This document shows positions 38,537 through 47,824 of a stretch of DNA of 64,000 nt, one piece after another; position 1 is the first letter of the stretch; every line of letters begins with the position of its first letter. The position numbers were made by a program, and so were the translations under genes. The DNA lies in the NCBI GenBank assembly GCA_963732385.1, contig CAVSZB010000007.1:544001-608000 (forward strand). The letters are read 5' to 3'. The notes below the pieces were generated by a model that saw only the letters and a list, made by a program, of their open reading frames with translations, searched no databases and was not told the DNA's origin. The stretch comes from an uncultured bacterium (lineage in GTDB: Bacteria; Krumholzibacteriota; Krumholzibacteriia; LZORAL124-64-63).

Positions 38537-40165
38537 TCAGTAAAGTAAATATTGATTCAGGTTGACTCCCTGCGGCAGGTTGCGGATGTAGCGCACGAGA
38601 CGCACCTCATCATCGCTGATGGCCGCCTCCATCTCGCCCTGCGTGTCGAGGCCCGGGATCGCCGGCGGGAGCGGCACATAATGCGCAGCGTACTTCATGA
38701 TGTGCAGGTCGCCGCACTCGCTGTGGCTGCCGATGCAGAGGGCGTGGCCGAACTCGTGCAACACGACCCCCTGCGCCGATCCCAGGTAATTGAAATCGCG
38801 CCTCAGCTGCATCTGCATCCTGATCGGCACCACCTTGTCGATAGTGGCGCCAGGCGGATCGACGATGGTTACCAATCCGAAGTACTCGAAGTTTCTGAAG
38901 ATGACCTTCAGGTCCGCGGCCACGCTGTCCTCGGTGCTTTCGAAGAACGCCCCGCCCAGCCGCGCATTCCAGGCGGACGCGGCGGCGTAGACGAGCGGCC
39001 CCATTTCGAATCCGCCCGGGGTCAGCCAGTCCGCGGTCGACTGCACCCAGTAGCGGATAGGGTAATGATCCCAGCGGTAGAGGCGGGCGCTGCTGACGAC
39101 GTCAGTGAACGTCATCCTTTTCAGGAAAGCGAGAAATTCCCCTCCGTAAACCGACGCGGAGCAGTACGGGTCGAGCGCCGGATCGCCCTGCGGAGTCTTC
39201 GCGGCGACGAGCAACATCGTCCGCGGATAGGGCCCCGCCGCCGACAGCGTGTCGGTCCGGATGTCATAGTACGTGCCGATCTCCGGCCCGGCTTCGTCGC
39301 GCAGCGTCAGCACGTACCGGTCGATGTCCCGGAAGCCCGCGAGACACCCCGTCGGCCCCGGCAGGGTGAAGCTGCCATCGCCGGCCGTGATGGTCTTCAG
39401 TTCCGGCGCTTCACCCACGCTCACCAGGATGCCGTCGAGCGGTTCGCCGCCGAGCCCGACCGCCGTTCCGGTGATGCGATACGCCCCGGCCACCCGCACC
39501 CGCGGCGCCACTTCCAGCGGCGACAGCCGACCGGCTTCGTCCTCCGCGCGCACCCCCGCCCAGACGGAGTCGCCGCCGGCCAGACCGGCGTATGCGTAAA
39601 CATAGCCGGCCGTCGCCTCCAGGCTCGGCACCTCTACCAGAAATTCCGCCGCGTCCCAGTTCAGCTCGGTCAACGGCACGTCATGCCTCAGCGCCACCAG
39701 ATAGCGGACGACCGGGAGCGGGTTGAGCTCCGGGGCGGCGCGCCACCAATTCACGCGCAGCGTCCCTGGACACGCGCCGATAACCGCCGTCAGCCCCGAC
39801 ACCGGCGCCGGACGATCGCCGTACACGCTCTCCACCGTGATCCGCCAGTCCTTTGCAACGGCCTCCGCCCCCGGCACCTCGGCCCGCAGCGAATCCAGGC
39901 CGGCCCGCACCGCCGCATAGGTATAGGAAAGCCCGGTGGCGAGGATCGTATCCCCCCGCCGAAATTCCGCCACCACCGCGGTCCCCTCCAACGTCCGCGC
40001 CGCGAAGGAGACCTGCCCCAGGTAGGGCACGGTTACGTCATCGCCCGCGGGCGTGAAGAGATAGGCCGGCGGCGGCGGAGGCGGCGTCGGAGCATCACCA
40101 CAACCGGCAGTCCCGAGCAGACCCAGCAGGACGCCCGAGATCAGAATAAATGCCCGTGGTTTCAT
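38537..40165 (-). CDS. Lipoprotein with FN3-like/Ig domains and C-terminal metzincin-like zinc peptidase
   Basis: Lipobox TAGC; P.PV..L...W FN3-like segment; ITG......PL.G..V carboxypeptidase-regulatory-like segment; HEFGHALCIGSH and HIM Met-turn. Confidence 0.75.
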   Translation of the reverse strand: MKPRAFILISGVLLGLLGTAGCGDAPTPPPPPPAYLFTPAGDDVTVPYLGQVSFAARTLEGTAVVAEFRRGDTILATGLSYTYAAVRAGLDSLRAEVPGAEAVAKDWRITVESVYGDRPAPVSGLTAVIGACPGTLRVNWWRAAPELNPLPVVRYLVALRHDVPLTELNWDAAEFLVEVPSLEATAGYVYAYAGLAGGDSVWAGVRAEDEAGRLSPLEVAPRVRVAGAYRITGTAVGLGGEPLDGILVSVGEAPELKTITAGDGSFTLPGPTGCLAGFRDIDRYVLTLRDEAGPEIGTYYDIRTDTLSAAGPYPRTMLLVAAKTPQGDPALDPYCSASVYGGEFLAFLKRMTFTDVVSSARLYRWDHYPIRYWVQSTADWLTPGGFEMGPLVYAAASAWNARLGGAFFESTEDSVAADLKVIFRNFEYFGLVTIVDPPGATIDKVVPIRMQMQLRRDFNYLGSAQGVVLHEFGHALCIGSHSECGDLHIMKYAAHYVPLPPAIPGLDTQGEMEAAISDDEVRLVRYIRNLPQGVNLNQYLLY

Positions 40166-40205
40166 GGTTAAAGAATACGGGAAATCAGCGTCGCCGCAAA
40201 GTTGA

Positions 40206-41825
40206 TCAGCGAACAGGAGCCGGCTCCCGCTTCCGTTCGGCGATCCACCATTGGCCAATGTTGTTGAAGGACGACAGCACGTGCGGCCGCACACCGCGCA
40301 GCCGCGGGCCGACGCCGCAGAGCGTCTCCGGGTAGAAGAGGAAGGCGAACGGCGCGTCCTCCGCCACGAACCGCTGCAGTCGGATCCAGAGCGGCCTGGC
40401 GCGAGCCCGGTCGGGACAGGCGAGAGCGGCGTCGAGCAACGAATCGACCGTGGCGTTAGCATAGCCGCCGTAATTGAAGCGGTCCGTGGCGTCGGAGCGG
40501 AGCTGGGCCGACGGATCGGGCACCAGCCGGGGCTGGAAGTAGCCGAGATAGCCGTCGAAGCGCCCCTGCCGCACCTCGTCGAGCGCGGCGCCAAATTCGA
40601 GGATCCGCGGACGCAGCTCCACCCCCACTTCCCGCAGATTCCCGGCGATGAGCGCCGCCCCATCCTCCCGCACCGGATCGCCCTTGCGTGTGATCAGCAA
40701 CAGCGACAGACGGCGGCCGTCCCGCTCGCGAATGCCGTCTCCGTCGGTGTCGCGCCAGCCGGCGGCGTCGAGCAGATCCCGCGCGCGCTGCGGATCGTGT
40801 CCATCGGGGCGCAGCGCCGTGTCGTGGGCCCAGAGACAGGGCGGGATGATGCTGGACGCCGGCACTGCGTATCCGCACAGGAGACCGTCGACGAACGCGG
40901 CGCGATCGATGGCGAACGACAGGGCGCGGCGCACCGCCCGGTCGGCCAGCAGGGGGCTGCGCATATTCCACTGCACCTGCCCCACCAACCGTCCGCCGAC
41001 CCGGAGTACGGACGCCCGGCCTGACGCAGCAAGGGCGCGCGCCGCCTGTGGCGGAATCTCGTCCACGAAGTCGACGCCGCCCGTTTCCAGTTCGATCAAT
41101 CGCGAGGTCTCGTCCGGGATGATCCGGAAGACCAGGCGATCGAGCCGCGGTCGTGGCCCGGGATAGCGTTCGTTGCGCGTCAGCACCAGCTGGCGGTTGC
41201 GCTGCCAGCTCTCGAGCACATACGCACCCGAGGCGAGCGGCTGCTGGTTGAGCGGCCATTCGCGCACGCGGGACGGTTCAAGCTCGGCGGTCCGGTGCGC
41301 CGGCAGGATCGCGTGCGCGGCGGCAAACAGCGCCTCGGTCAGCGGACGGCGGACCCGGAAATCGTAGCGCACCGTGGCGGGGTCGATCGGCGTCACCGCA
41401 GCGACATTGGCCAGGCCGCCTCCCCGCGGACTGGCAACGACCGGATCGGTCAACAGCGCAAAGCTTGTCGCCACGTCACGCGAGGTCAACGGCGCGCCGT
41501 CGGACCAGACCCAGGGCCGCAGCCGGAAGGTCACGGAGAGGCTGTCCGGGGCGAACGTCCAGTCGCTGGCGATGCAGGGATGGAACTCGAGATCCTCGCC
41601 CATCTCGACGAGGCCGTCCTGCATCAGCCCCAGGATCTGGTTCGCGTAGGCGGAACCGGTGAGCAGCGAGTTGAGAACATCCGGCTCGGCCGCCAGGGCG
41701 ATGATGGCCGTACCGCCGGCGCGCGGCTCCGGACCGGACGCCCCGCCGCAGCCGGCGCCGGTCCACACGCCCGCGAGCGCCACCCCCAGGGCGAGAATCG
41801 TAGCCCGCCATCCGCCCATGCCCAC
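40206..41825 (-). CDS. ABC transporter family 5 (peptide/nickel) substrate-binding lipoprotein
   Basis: Lipobox GAGC; EPD.LN, F.LR...WSDG.P.T..DV, G.Y....W, L.RN..Y, VRRAL..AIDR, A..LL..AGW. Confidence 0.92.
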   Translation of the reverse strand: MGMGGWRATILALGVALAGVWTGAGCGGASGPEPRAGGTAIIALAAEPDVLNSLLTGSAYANQILGLMQDGLVEMGEDLEFHPCIASDWTFAPDSLSVTFRLRPWVWSDGAPLTSRDVATSFALLTDPVVASPRGGGLANVAAVTPIDPATVRYDFRVRRPLTEALFAAAHAILPAHRTAELEPSRVREWPLNQQPLASGAYVLESWQRNRQLVLTRNERYPGPRPRLDRLVFRIIPDETSRLIELETGGVDFVDEIPPQAARALAASGRASVLRVGGRLVGQVQWNMRSPLLADRAVRRALSFAIDRAAFVDGLLCGYAVPASSIIPPCLWAHDTALRPDGHDPQRARDLLDAAGWRDTDGDGIRERDGRRLSLLLITRKGDPVREDGAALIAGNLREVGVELRPRILEFGAALDEVRQGRFDGYLGYFQPRLVPDPSAQLRSDATDRFNYGGYANATVDSLLDAALACPDRARARPLWIRLQRFVAEDAPFAFLFYPETLCGVGPRLRGVRPHVLSSFNNIGQWWIAERKREPAPVR

Positions 41826-41891
41826 TCCCGCCGCCCGGATGAACCAACGCCGCGGCCCCTCCGGCAGGGAGGGGCCGCGGGCCGGAACGTG

Positions 41892-41920
41892 ATGCTAAGG
41901 AGCGGACGCGCCGCCGTCAA
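41892..41920 (-). promoter_or_regulatory. Putative sigma70 promoter of the substrate-binding protein gene (TTGACG-17 bp-TAGCAT)
   Basis: Near-consensus hexamers with a 17-bp spacer. Confidence 0.55.
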
Positions 41921-41945
41921 CCGGCAGCGTGGCGTCCGACCGCGG

Positions 41946-44900
41946 TCATTTCACGAGCGCCATCTTCTGAGTCCGGACCTGCCCGGAAGCCTCGGCGCGG
42001 AGCAGGTAGGTCCCGCTGGCCTGCGCCTGCCCGGCGCCGTCACGACCGTCCCAGATCCAGGTCCGCCAGCCGGTTCCCGTCTGACCGGCGTTCAGGACGC
42101 GCACCAGACGACCCTGGAGGTTGTACACCCGCAGTCCGAGCGGCACCGTCTCCCCGGCCGGACCCGGCACGAACAGCCGCACCGTCGTGGCGGGGTTGAA
42201 CGGGTTCGGATAGTTCGGTGCAACCGCCAACATCACCGACGGCACTTCGCCGGGAGTGCCGGTCAGCATGGTGCGCCGATAGACGCCGTCACGCCAGTTG
42301 CTGCCCCGGAACGTTGGCCACGGCATCAGATCCGGGTTGTAGGCGAAAGGCAGACTCCAGACATGTACCTGCAGATCCCAACCGCCGTAGACGATGTTGA
42401 CGTTGCCGTCGCCGTCAAGGTCGCACAGCACCGGGCACGGCCGGATCGGCCCCCCCATGGTGAGCGGGAAGCCCGACACCAGGGCGCCATTCGCCTTGAA
42501 GGCATAGATATTATTGGGTGACGACTCGTTGCCGCCGCCGATCCCGAACACGATGTCCAGCCCGCCATCGCCGTCGATATCCCCGACAAGGGGACTCGAC
42601 TCCGAATTGCCAGGCAGGCTTATCGGCCAGCCCGGCATGGTCAGGCCGGAAGTACCGCCCGCGATGTCGGTGTCGATCAGCCGCAAAGCGGCGCTCGCGC
42701 CGTTAGCGATCGCGACCGCCGCAATCTCCAGCCGACCATCGTTGTCGAAATCGGCGAGCGCCGGACTGGGGCACGAGATGCTGCCATTGATGCTGTTGGC
42801 CACGAACGCGATCGGGAAACCGGGGTAGCGATGACCGTTCTGCCGCACGACGTAGAGCGAGTCGGCCTCGGACACGAAAACGATCTCCGCCAGCCCGTCG
42901 TTGTCGAGATCGCCAACGCTCGGACTGCAGGCTATGGCACCGGCGATGCCCGTCGCGAACGGGAACCCGGCCGCCTGGGTGCCGTCGAAGCGATAGGCGT
43001 AGAGGTAATTGGGCACACCGGAGTACTTCGAGCCGAAGATGATCTCCTTGCGCCCGTCATGATCCAGATCACACAGCGCAGGCGAGCTCCAGCTGTACTC
43101 GTAAGTCGCGTTCGAACGCGCGACGAACACGCCGTTCGTGGCCGGATTGTTGTCGCCGTCCCGCAACTCCGTGCCATCACGGTGCCAGACAAATGTACGA
43201 CCGGCGATGTCGTTGCAGACGATCTCCGGCGCGCCATCGCCATCCACGTCGCCGACTGCCGGCGTGGTCCAGTTCCAGCTTGTGCCGACCAGAGTCTGGG
43301 GCCAGCCGGGCAGCTCGCTGCCGTCGCGGCGGAAAATGTGGATCTTGTACTGGACGCGCTCGCTGGCGATGATCTCAAGGCCGGGCACATCGTCGAGATT
43401 GGCCAGCGTAACGCCCGCCGGGGAGAAGTTGAGCACGGCAGTGACGGTGCTCAGGCCCGTGAACGGCCCGAGGGTCTGCGCGTCGTTGTCGCCGTCGCGC
43501 AGTTCGCCGCCGTCAGCGGTCCAGACATAAACCTCGTCCGACGCCATCACGATCTCGAGCGAACCGTCGCCGTCCACATCTCCGACAGCGTTGTGGCCGC
43601 TCGTCTCCTTCGCCATGGGCAGCGGGAAGCCGCTCATTTCCGGTGGCGCAGTGCTCTGCGCCACCACGGCCGAAACCGGTCCTTCGTTCAGCGACGAATC
43701 CACCGCTGAAACCCGGTAGTAATACTGCGTGAGCAGGGCCAGCCCGGCATCGCGGAAGTAGGAGGTCCGCTCGATCAGATCGGTGTTCGCCCGCGTGAAA
43801 GGTCCGGAGCCGCTGGTGCTGCGATAGACATGGTAGCCGCGCAGATGGGGCGTCGTCACCGGCGGCCAGGCCAGACTGATGACGTCCGGTCCGAAGGTAA
43901 TGTTGGTCGTCGGCGGCTCTGGAGCGGCCGGCGGGTTCAGCACGAAGTTGTGCCGCACTGAGCGCCCCATCGCATCGCTGAACAGGATCCAGCAGGCATG
44001 ATCGAGGCTGACGTCGGTTTCGGCGAGCGAGAACGGGACCGACCCGGACGCCTCCTGCAGCAGCGCCAGGCTGCTGTAGGTGGCGACGGTGTCGCGCAGG
44101 ACCACCGCGGGATCCATGGTACGCAGGCGCCCGGTGATCGCCCCGGAAAGCCCGGCGCCGTAATTCTTGAGCTTCACCGCGATGGTGACGCGCTCGTTGT
44201 CCTGCTGGATCCCGTCACTGTTGCCGAAGGTCTGGTCCGACCAGGTCAGCGTGATCGGCGCCAGCTCCGGCGCCAGCAGGACAGGGTTCCACTCGCTGAC
44301 GTAGGGACCGCCCGTCAGCGCGGTCACGGTGACCGTGAACGCGACGCTCAGGCCATCGGACAGGGCTCCGTCGGCGCGCACCAGGAACGGCTCAGTGGCC
44401 GCCTTCACACCACCCGACGGCACATTGCCGACGCTGGCGGTGCCGTCGAGGATCGTCAGGCCGGTCGTGCCGCCGCTGAGGGTGGCGAGACAGTTCAAGG
44501 CCCCGCCATTGCCGGTGTCGCGATACTGCGTGAAGACCGCCACCGTTTCGCCGGCGTCGAAACGACCATCACCGTTGCCGCTGCTGCCGGCGGTGCCGTT
44601 GTCGGTGATCGTCACCGCGTCCAGCGCAATGTAGGCGCCGGCGGTGGTCACCGGCAGATCGCGCGAGTTCTGGGCCAGCCCGGCCCCGCTGACCACCAGG
44701 CGGGCCGTGCCGGAGCTGGTCGGGGTGTAGGCAAGCGCCACCTGGCCGGCGGCGTCAGTGAGACCCGAGGCATAGTCGTCGTCCGTCTTGCTGAGGCAGA
44801 CGAGCGCTCCGGCGACCGGCAGGCCGCCCGCGGTCACGGTTACCGTCACGGTCTGCGCGCCGGCCGCCAGCGAGGCCGGCGCAACCACGGTCGCCGCCCG

Positions 44901-46814
44901 CGGCGCACCGGCCCAGACCGCCAGGCCCGGATCGCCGAGCAGGGTGTAATTCAGGAAAGTCCAGCGGTCGTACGAGTTGATAACTGTGTTGGACAACTGC
45001 GGCAGGCGGCTGAGGCTCATCAGGTCGCCCAGCCGGTGGGTGCCGGTGCAGAACAGCACCCGGAAGAACTCCACCTGGTAGAAGTTCGCCGTCAGGGGGA
45101 ACGCGGCGCGGGCCGCACCGATCGCGGCCACCGCGCCGCCGTTCGGGTTCTGGACGAAGCGCTCCATCAGGCAGGAGTAGTCGAACGCGGCGGACGCGCA
45201 GTTGAGGGCGTACAGCAGGAACGGCCGTCCGGTGTTGTGCAGCGCGTCGGCGTCGGAGACCGTGAAATTGGCATCGCCCAGCGACATGTTGACGAAGAAA
45301 CCGTGGCCAACCTGGTTGACGATGCCGAAGTGACCCGTGTTGACGGAGTCGGTGAAGGCGCTGCGCGTGAGACGGATCGATCCGGGCCAGAGCGGATACG
45401 ACTCGTACAGCCGCGTCGACGTCATGTCGGTGCAGGGAAGTAGCGAGCCGTTGTACAGTTGTTCGGCGAAACTTGCTCCGTCGAGCGTGATTGTCGCCCC
45501 CGCGGTGTAGATGGACGGAGACAGCACCTCCGCCGCGAACAGCATCCGGTCGGGCCAGGCGATGCCCGCCGTCTGCTGCTCATAGCCGATGACCTTGTCG
45601 ATGAAAACATTGACCGCGTTCTCGGAACTGACTGCGGCGCGTCCCAGACGCACCTCGTCAGCCAGGTCGACAGCGTCCCCGGGGTTCAGGGCCTCGTAAT
45701 GTTCGCCATAGAAGTTGTCGGCATCGGCATTCCAGTTTCCGTCCAGGCAGGCGAAGTAGAGATCGGCTGGCACTTCGGTGCCGATCCCAGGGGGGTAGAA
45801 TGTGTTGTGGGCGTAACGTGGCGGGATCACGTCGGTGTCGCCGCCGAGCAGAACGTACTCAACTCCCCAGCGCTGGTAGGCCTCGCGGATGAACAGACGG
45901 ATCGTCTCCTGAACATCCGCACCGTGCCGGTAGTTCGCCTCTATCCATTCCACAGTCTTGACGACCGCCGGGTCTCCCAGCGCCGTGCGATAATCGGCCA
46001 GACGCTGAAAAGCCGGAGCCAGCGCCGCCCGCGTGATGATCAGGTAGCGGACCGGACTCCCCTCCAGGCTGGGCGTCTGGCTCGGCGCAAAACCGCCCGC
46101 CGGCTCCGCCACGACAGCGCCATCGGTTCGGAGGTATCCGGACAACGCCGCGGGGTTCGCGATCAGGTCGGCCAGTTCCGCCTCGGCGCGCGCGCGCTCG
46201 CCCGGCAACCGCCGCTCGCGCACGGCGATCTCCGTCGCCGCCCCGGTCTTCCCGCCTGCGGTCCCCGGCAGGAGCCGGATCGCGTAGCGATCGAGCACTT
46301 CCAGTTCACTCCACTCGCCCGCCGCGTCGCGCACCGCACGCAGCGGATAGATCCGCACCAGCGCCAGGCGGAAACCGCGCCAGACCTGCGTGCCGCCGAA
46401 TTCGCCCCACTGCGCCGGGAAGGCCGGCCCGTCGATTGCGAGCCGCGTATCGGCCAAGGCCACCCCCTCACTGCTGATGAGCGGCGGCCCCATGGCCAGC
46501 CGCCCCGGAACGTGCACGCGGTGCGTCGCCAGAGCCACCACTTCGATGCCGCCTGGCGCCGCCTCCAGCGGCACGAGCAGGCGCAGGTCGTATGCCGACA
46601 ACGCAGGGCGATCCGTCTCGGCCCACGCCCGGCTGTCGGCCAGGCGTGGCTTCAGAGTCCCTTCGGCGGTCGTTTCCCACGCCAGTTCGCCGGTGAACTG
46701 TCCTTCGAAAAAGGCGGCGGGGACGCCGGCGCCCAGAGCCACGGACCCCCAGGCCAGAGCCGTCACCGTGGAGGCGATCCGGAAGATGCGGTTGATCGAA
46801 CGCTGGTGGTCCAT
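41946..46814 (-). CDS. Gingipain-like C25 cysteine peptidase with Ig/FN3 domains, FG-GAP repeats and FlgD-Ig (T9SS-type) C-terminal domain
   Basis: YLIIT, YVLLGGD...IP, ADLYF..LDG.W, GHG (His), LNC (Cys), LLGDP; repeated GD.DGDG..EI; NYPNPFNP.T...VYN..GR.V...WDG.D..G...SG.Y; GGAGGG SD before the ATG at 46814. Confidence 0.9.
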   Translation of the reverse strand: MDHQRSINRIFRIASTVTALAWGSVALGAGVPAAFFEGQFTGELAWETTAEGTLKPRLADSRAWAETDRPALSAYDLRLLVPLEAAPGGIEVVALATHRVHVPGRLAMGPPLISSEGVALADTRLAIDGPAFPAQWGEFGGTQVWRGFRLALVRIYPLRAVRDAAGEWSELEVLDRYAIRLLPGTAGGKTGAATEIAVRERRLPGERARAEAELADLIANPAALSGYLRTDGAVVAEPAGGFAPSQTPSLEGSPVRYLIITRAALAPAFQRLADYRTALGDPAVVKTVEWIEANYRHGADVQETIRLFIREAYQRWGVEYVLLGGDTDVIPPRYAHNTFYPPGIGTEVPADLYFACLDGNWNADADNFYGEHYEALNPGDAVDLADEVRLGRAAVSSENAVNVFIDKVIGYEQQTAGIAWPDRMLFAAEVLSPSIYTAGATITLDGASFAEQLYNGSLLPCTDMTSTRLYESYPLWPGSIRLTRSAFTDSVNTGHFGIVNQVGHGFFVNMSLGDANFTVSDADALHNTGRPFLLYALNCASAAFDYSCLMERFVQNPNGGAVAAIGAARAAFPLTANFYQVEFFRVLFCTGTHRLGDLMSLSRLPQLSNTVINSYDRWTFLNYTLLGDPGLAVWAGAPRAATVVAPASLAAGAQTVTVTVTAGGLPVAGALVCLSKTDDDYASGLTDAAGQVALAYTPTSSGTARLVVSGAGLAQNSRDLPVTTAGAYIALDAVTITDNGTAGSSGNGDGRFDAGETVAVFTQYRDTGNGGALNCLATLSGGTTGLTILDGTASVGNVPSGGVKAATEPFLVRADGALSDGLSVAFTVTVTALTGGPYVSEWNPVLLAPELAPITLTWSDQTFGNSDGIQQDNERVTIAVKLKNYGAGLSGAITGRLRTMDPAVVLRDTVATYSSLALLQEASGSVPFSLAETDVSLDHACWILFSDAMGRSVRHNFVLNPPAAPEPPTTNITFGPDVISLAWPPVTTPHLRGYHVYRSTSGSGPFTRANTDLIERTSYFRDAGLALLTQYYYRVSAVDSSLNEGPVSAVVAQSTAPPEMSGFPLPMAKETSGHNAVGDVDGDGSLEIVMASDEVYVWTADGGELRDGDNDAQTLGPFTGLSTVTAVLNFSPAGVTLANLDDVPGLEIIASERVQYKIHIFRRDGSELPGWPQTLVGTSWNWTTPAVGDVDGDGAPEIVCNDIAGRTFVWHRDGTELRDGDNNPATNGVFVARSNATYEYSWSSPALCDLDHDGRKEIIFGSKYSGVPNYLYAYRFDGTQAAGFPFATGIAGAIACSPSVGDLDNDGLAEIVFVSEADSLYVVRQNGHRYPGFPIAFVANSINGSISCPSPALADFDNDGRLEIAAVAIANGASAALRLIDTDIAGGTSGLTMPGWPISLPGNSESSPLVGDIDGDGGLDIVFGIGGGNESSPNNIYAFKANGALVSGFPLTMGGPIRPCPVLCDLDGDGNVNIVYGGWDLQVHVWSLPFAYNPDLMPWPTFRGSNWRDGVYRRTMLTGTPGEVPSVMLAVAPNYPNPFNPATTVRLFVPGPAGETVPLGLRVYNLQGRLVRVLNAGQTGTGWRTWIWDGRDGAGQAQASGTYLLRAEASGQVRTQKMALVK

Positions 46815-47058
46815 GCAAACCCTCCGGTAAATAGCGGCCGCATCCGCGGCATGACGCCGCGGAAGCCGATAATTCATCACGAGATACTAAGTGAGGAAAC
46901 CGGTGCCTCCTCGGGGGACTGTGAACGCTGTTGTCAACCCGGGCGAGCCAACATGGCACGCCACTGCAGTACGTTAACCTTATGCGGTCGTCCAGCCCTC
47001 CAGGAGGTGGTAGGTGAGCGGCGCCGCCGTAGCGGTCCACTCAAGAGTGACTGTCACC

Positions 47059-47087
47059 ATTTTACCAGAGAAACGGGGCGCGGTCAA
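47059..47087 (-). promoter_or_regulatory. Putative sigma70 promoter of the C25 peptidase gene (TTGACC-17 bp-TAAAAT)
   Basis: Near-consensus hexamers with TG before the -10; implies a 5' leader of about 240 nt. Confidence 0.6.
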
Positions 47088-47100
47088 TACCCGCGCCCCG
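47067..47100 (-). terminator. Intrinsic terminator ending the parA-to-methyltransferase operon
   Basis: Perfect 10-bp stem CGGGGCGCGG/CCGCGCCCCG, 7-nt loop, followed by TTTCTCT on the minus strand. Confidence 0.6.
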
Positions 47101-47146
47101 CCAACCGACCGCAGCAGGGTAATTTTGCGCGCCGCCACAACCGTCG

Positions 47147-47824
47147 TCAGCCGCTCACGCCCAGATCCGCACCGGTCCAGCGCGCCCACCAGTACGGACC
47201 GTAGCTGATCCCGTCGCGCCGGATAGCGGCCGCCAGCCGTACGCCCTGCGCCTCCGGCCCTCCCCCCTGCCCGCCGATCAGTCGCGCCAGGGCCCCAGGG
47301 TCTGCCACGATCGCCTCGTTGGTCGCCATCCCGTGCCGCCACCCCTCCCGTCGACCGCCAGCATCGAGCCGGGCCAGGAACCGGCCCAGCGTCAGCAAAG
47401 GTCGGCGGCCCCCGGGATCGAGCCGCGCCAGCAGAGTCATCGCATCCCGGTAGTGCCGCGCGGCCGGCGGCCTGGAGACCGGCTCGTCCTCGAAGATCCA
47501 GAGCCGCCCGTCTGGTGCGAGGCAGCGTCTCCACGCCTCCGGCACAGTCTCGGAGCCCCGCGCCGGCCAGAGGTGCCGCAACAGGTTTGCAGCGACGAGC
47601 AGCGCGACACTGCCGTCGGGCAGCGGCAGGGCCCGCGCGTCGGCCACGGCGTCGGCAACCGTGCCCCGCCGCGGCGGTATGCGATCGATCCGCCACGGAC
47701 GCACGCCGCGCTCGGCGAGCACGGCGCTGAAGCGTCCGTCACCGCAGCCCACCTCGATCGTGCGGCGACCGGCGGTCAGCACCAGGTCTTCAAGAAAAAT
47801 CGCGGGTAGTGGGCAGAACGACAT
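47147..47824 (-). CDS. Class I SAM-dependent methyltransferase
   Basis: IEVGCGDG motif I, ADA.ALPL.DGS, W.R.L.P.G.L. Confidence 0.75.
   Translation of the reverse strand: MSFCPLPAIFLEDLVLTAGRRTIEVGCGDGRFSAVLAERGVRPWRIDRIPPRRGTVADAVADARALPLPDGSVALLVAANLLRHLWPARGSETVPEAWRRCLAPDGRLWIFEDEPVSRPPAARHYRDAMTLLARLDPGGRRPLLTLGRFLARLDAGGRREGWRHGMATNEAIVADPGALARLIGGQGGGPEAQGVRLAAAIRRDGISYGPYWWARWTGADLGVSG

Noticed and set aside
42380..43590. Recurring GTCGCCGTC/GCCGTC-like sequences as a DNA repeat array or CRISPR
   Set aside because: They encode FG-GAP (D.DGDG) protein repeats; no constant-length repeat-spacer pattern and no cas genes in the window
46954..46968. Sigma54-like TGGCACG...TGCA
   Set aside because: GG-GC spacing is one base short of consensus and it points away from the adjacent gene
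46980..47060. Short ORF MVTVTLEWTATAAPLTYHLLEGWTTA as a leader peptide
   Set aside because: Its ATG overlaps the predicted -10 hexamer, so it would not be transcribed from that promoter; no SD
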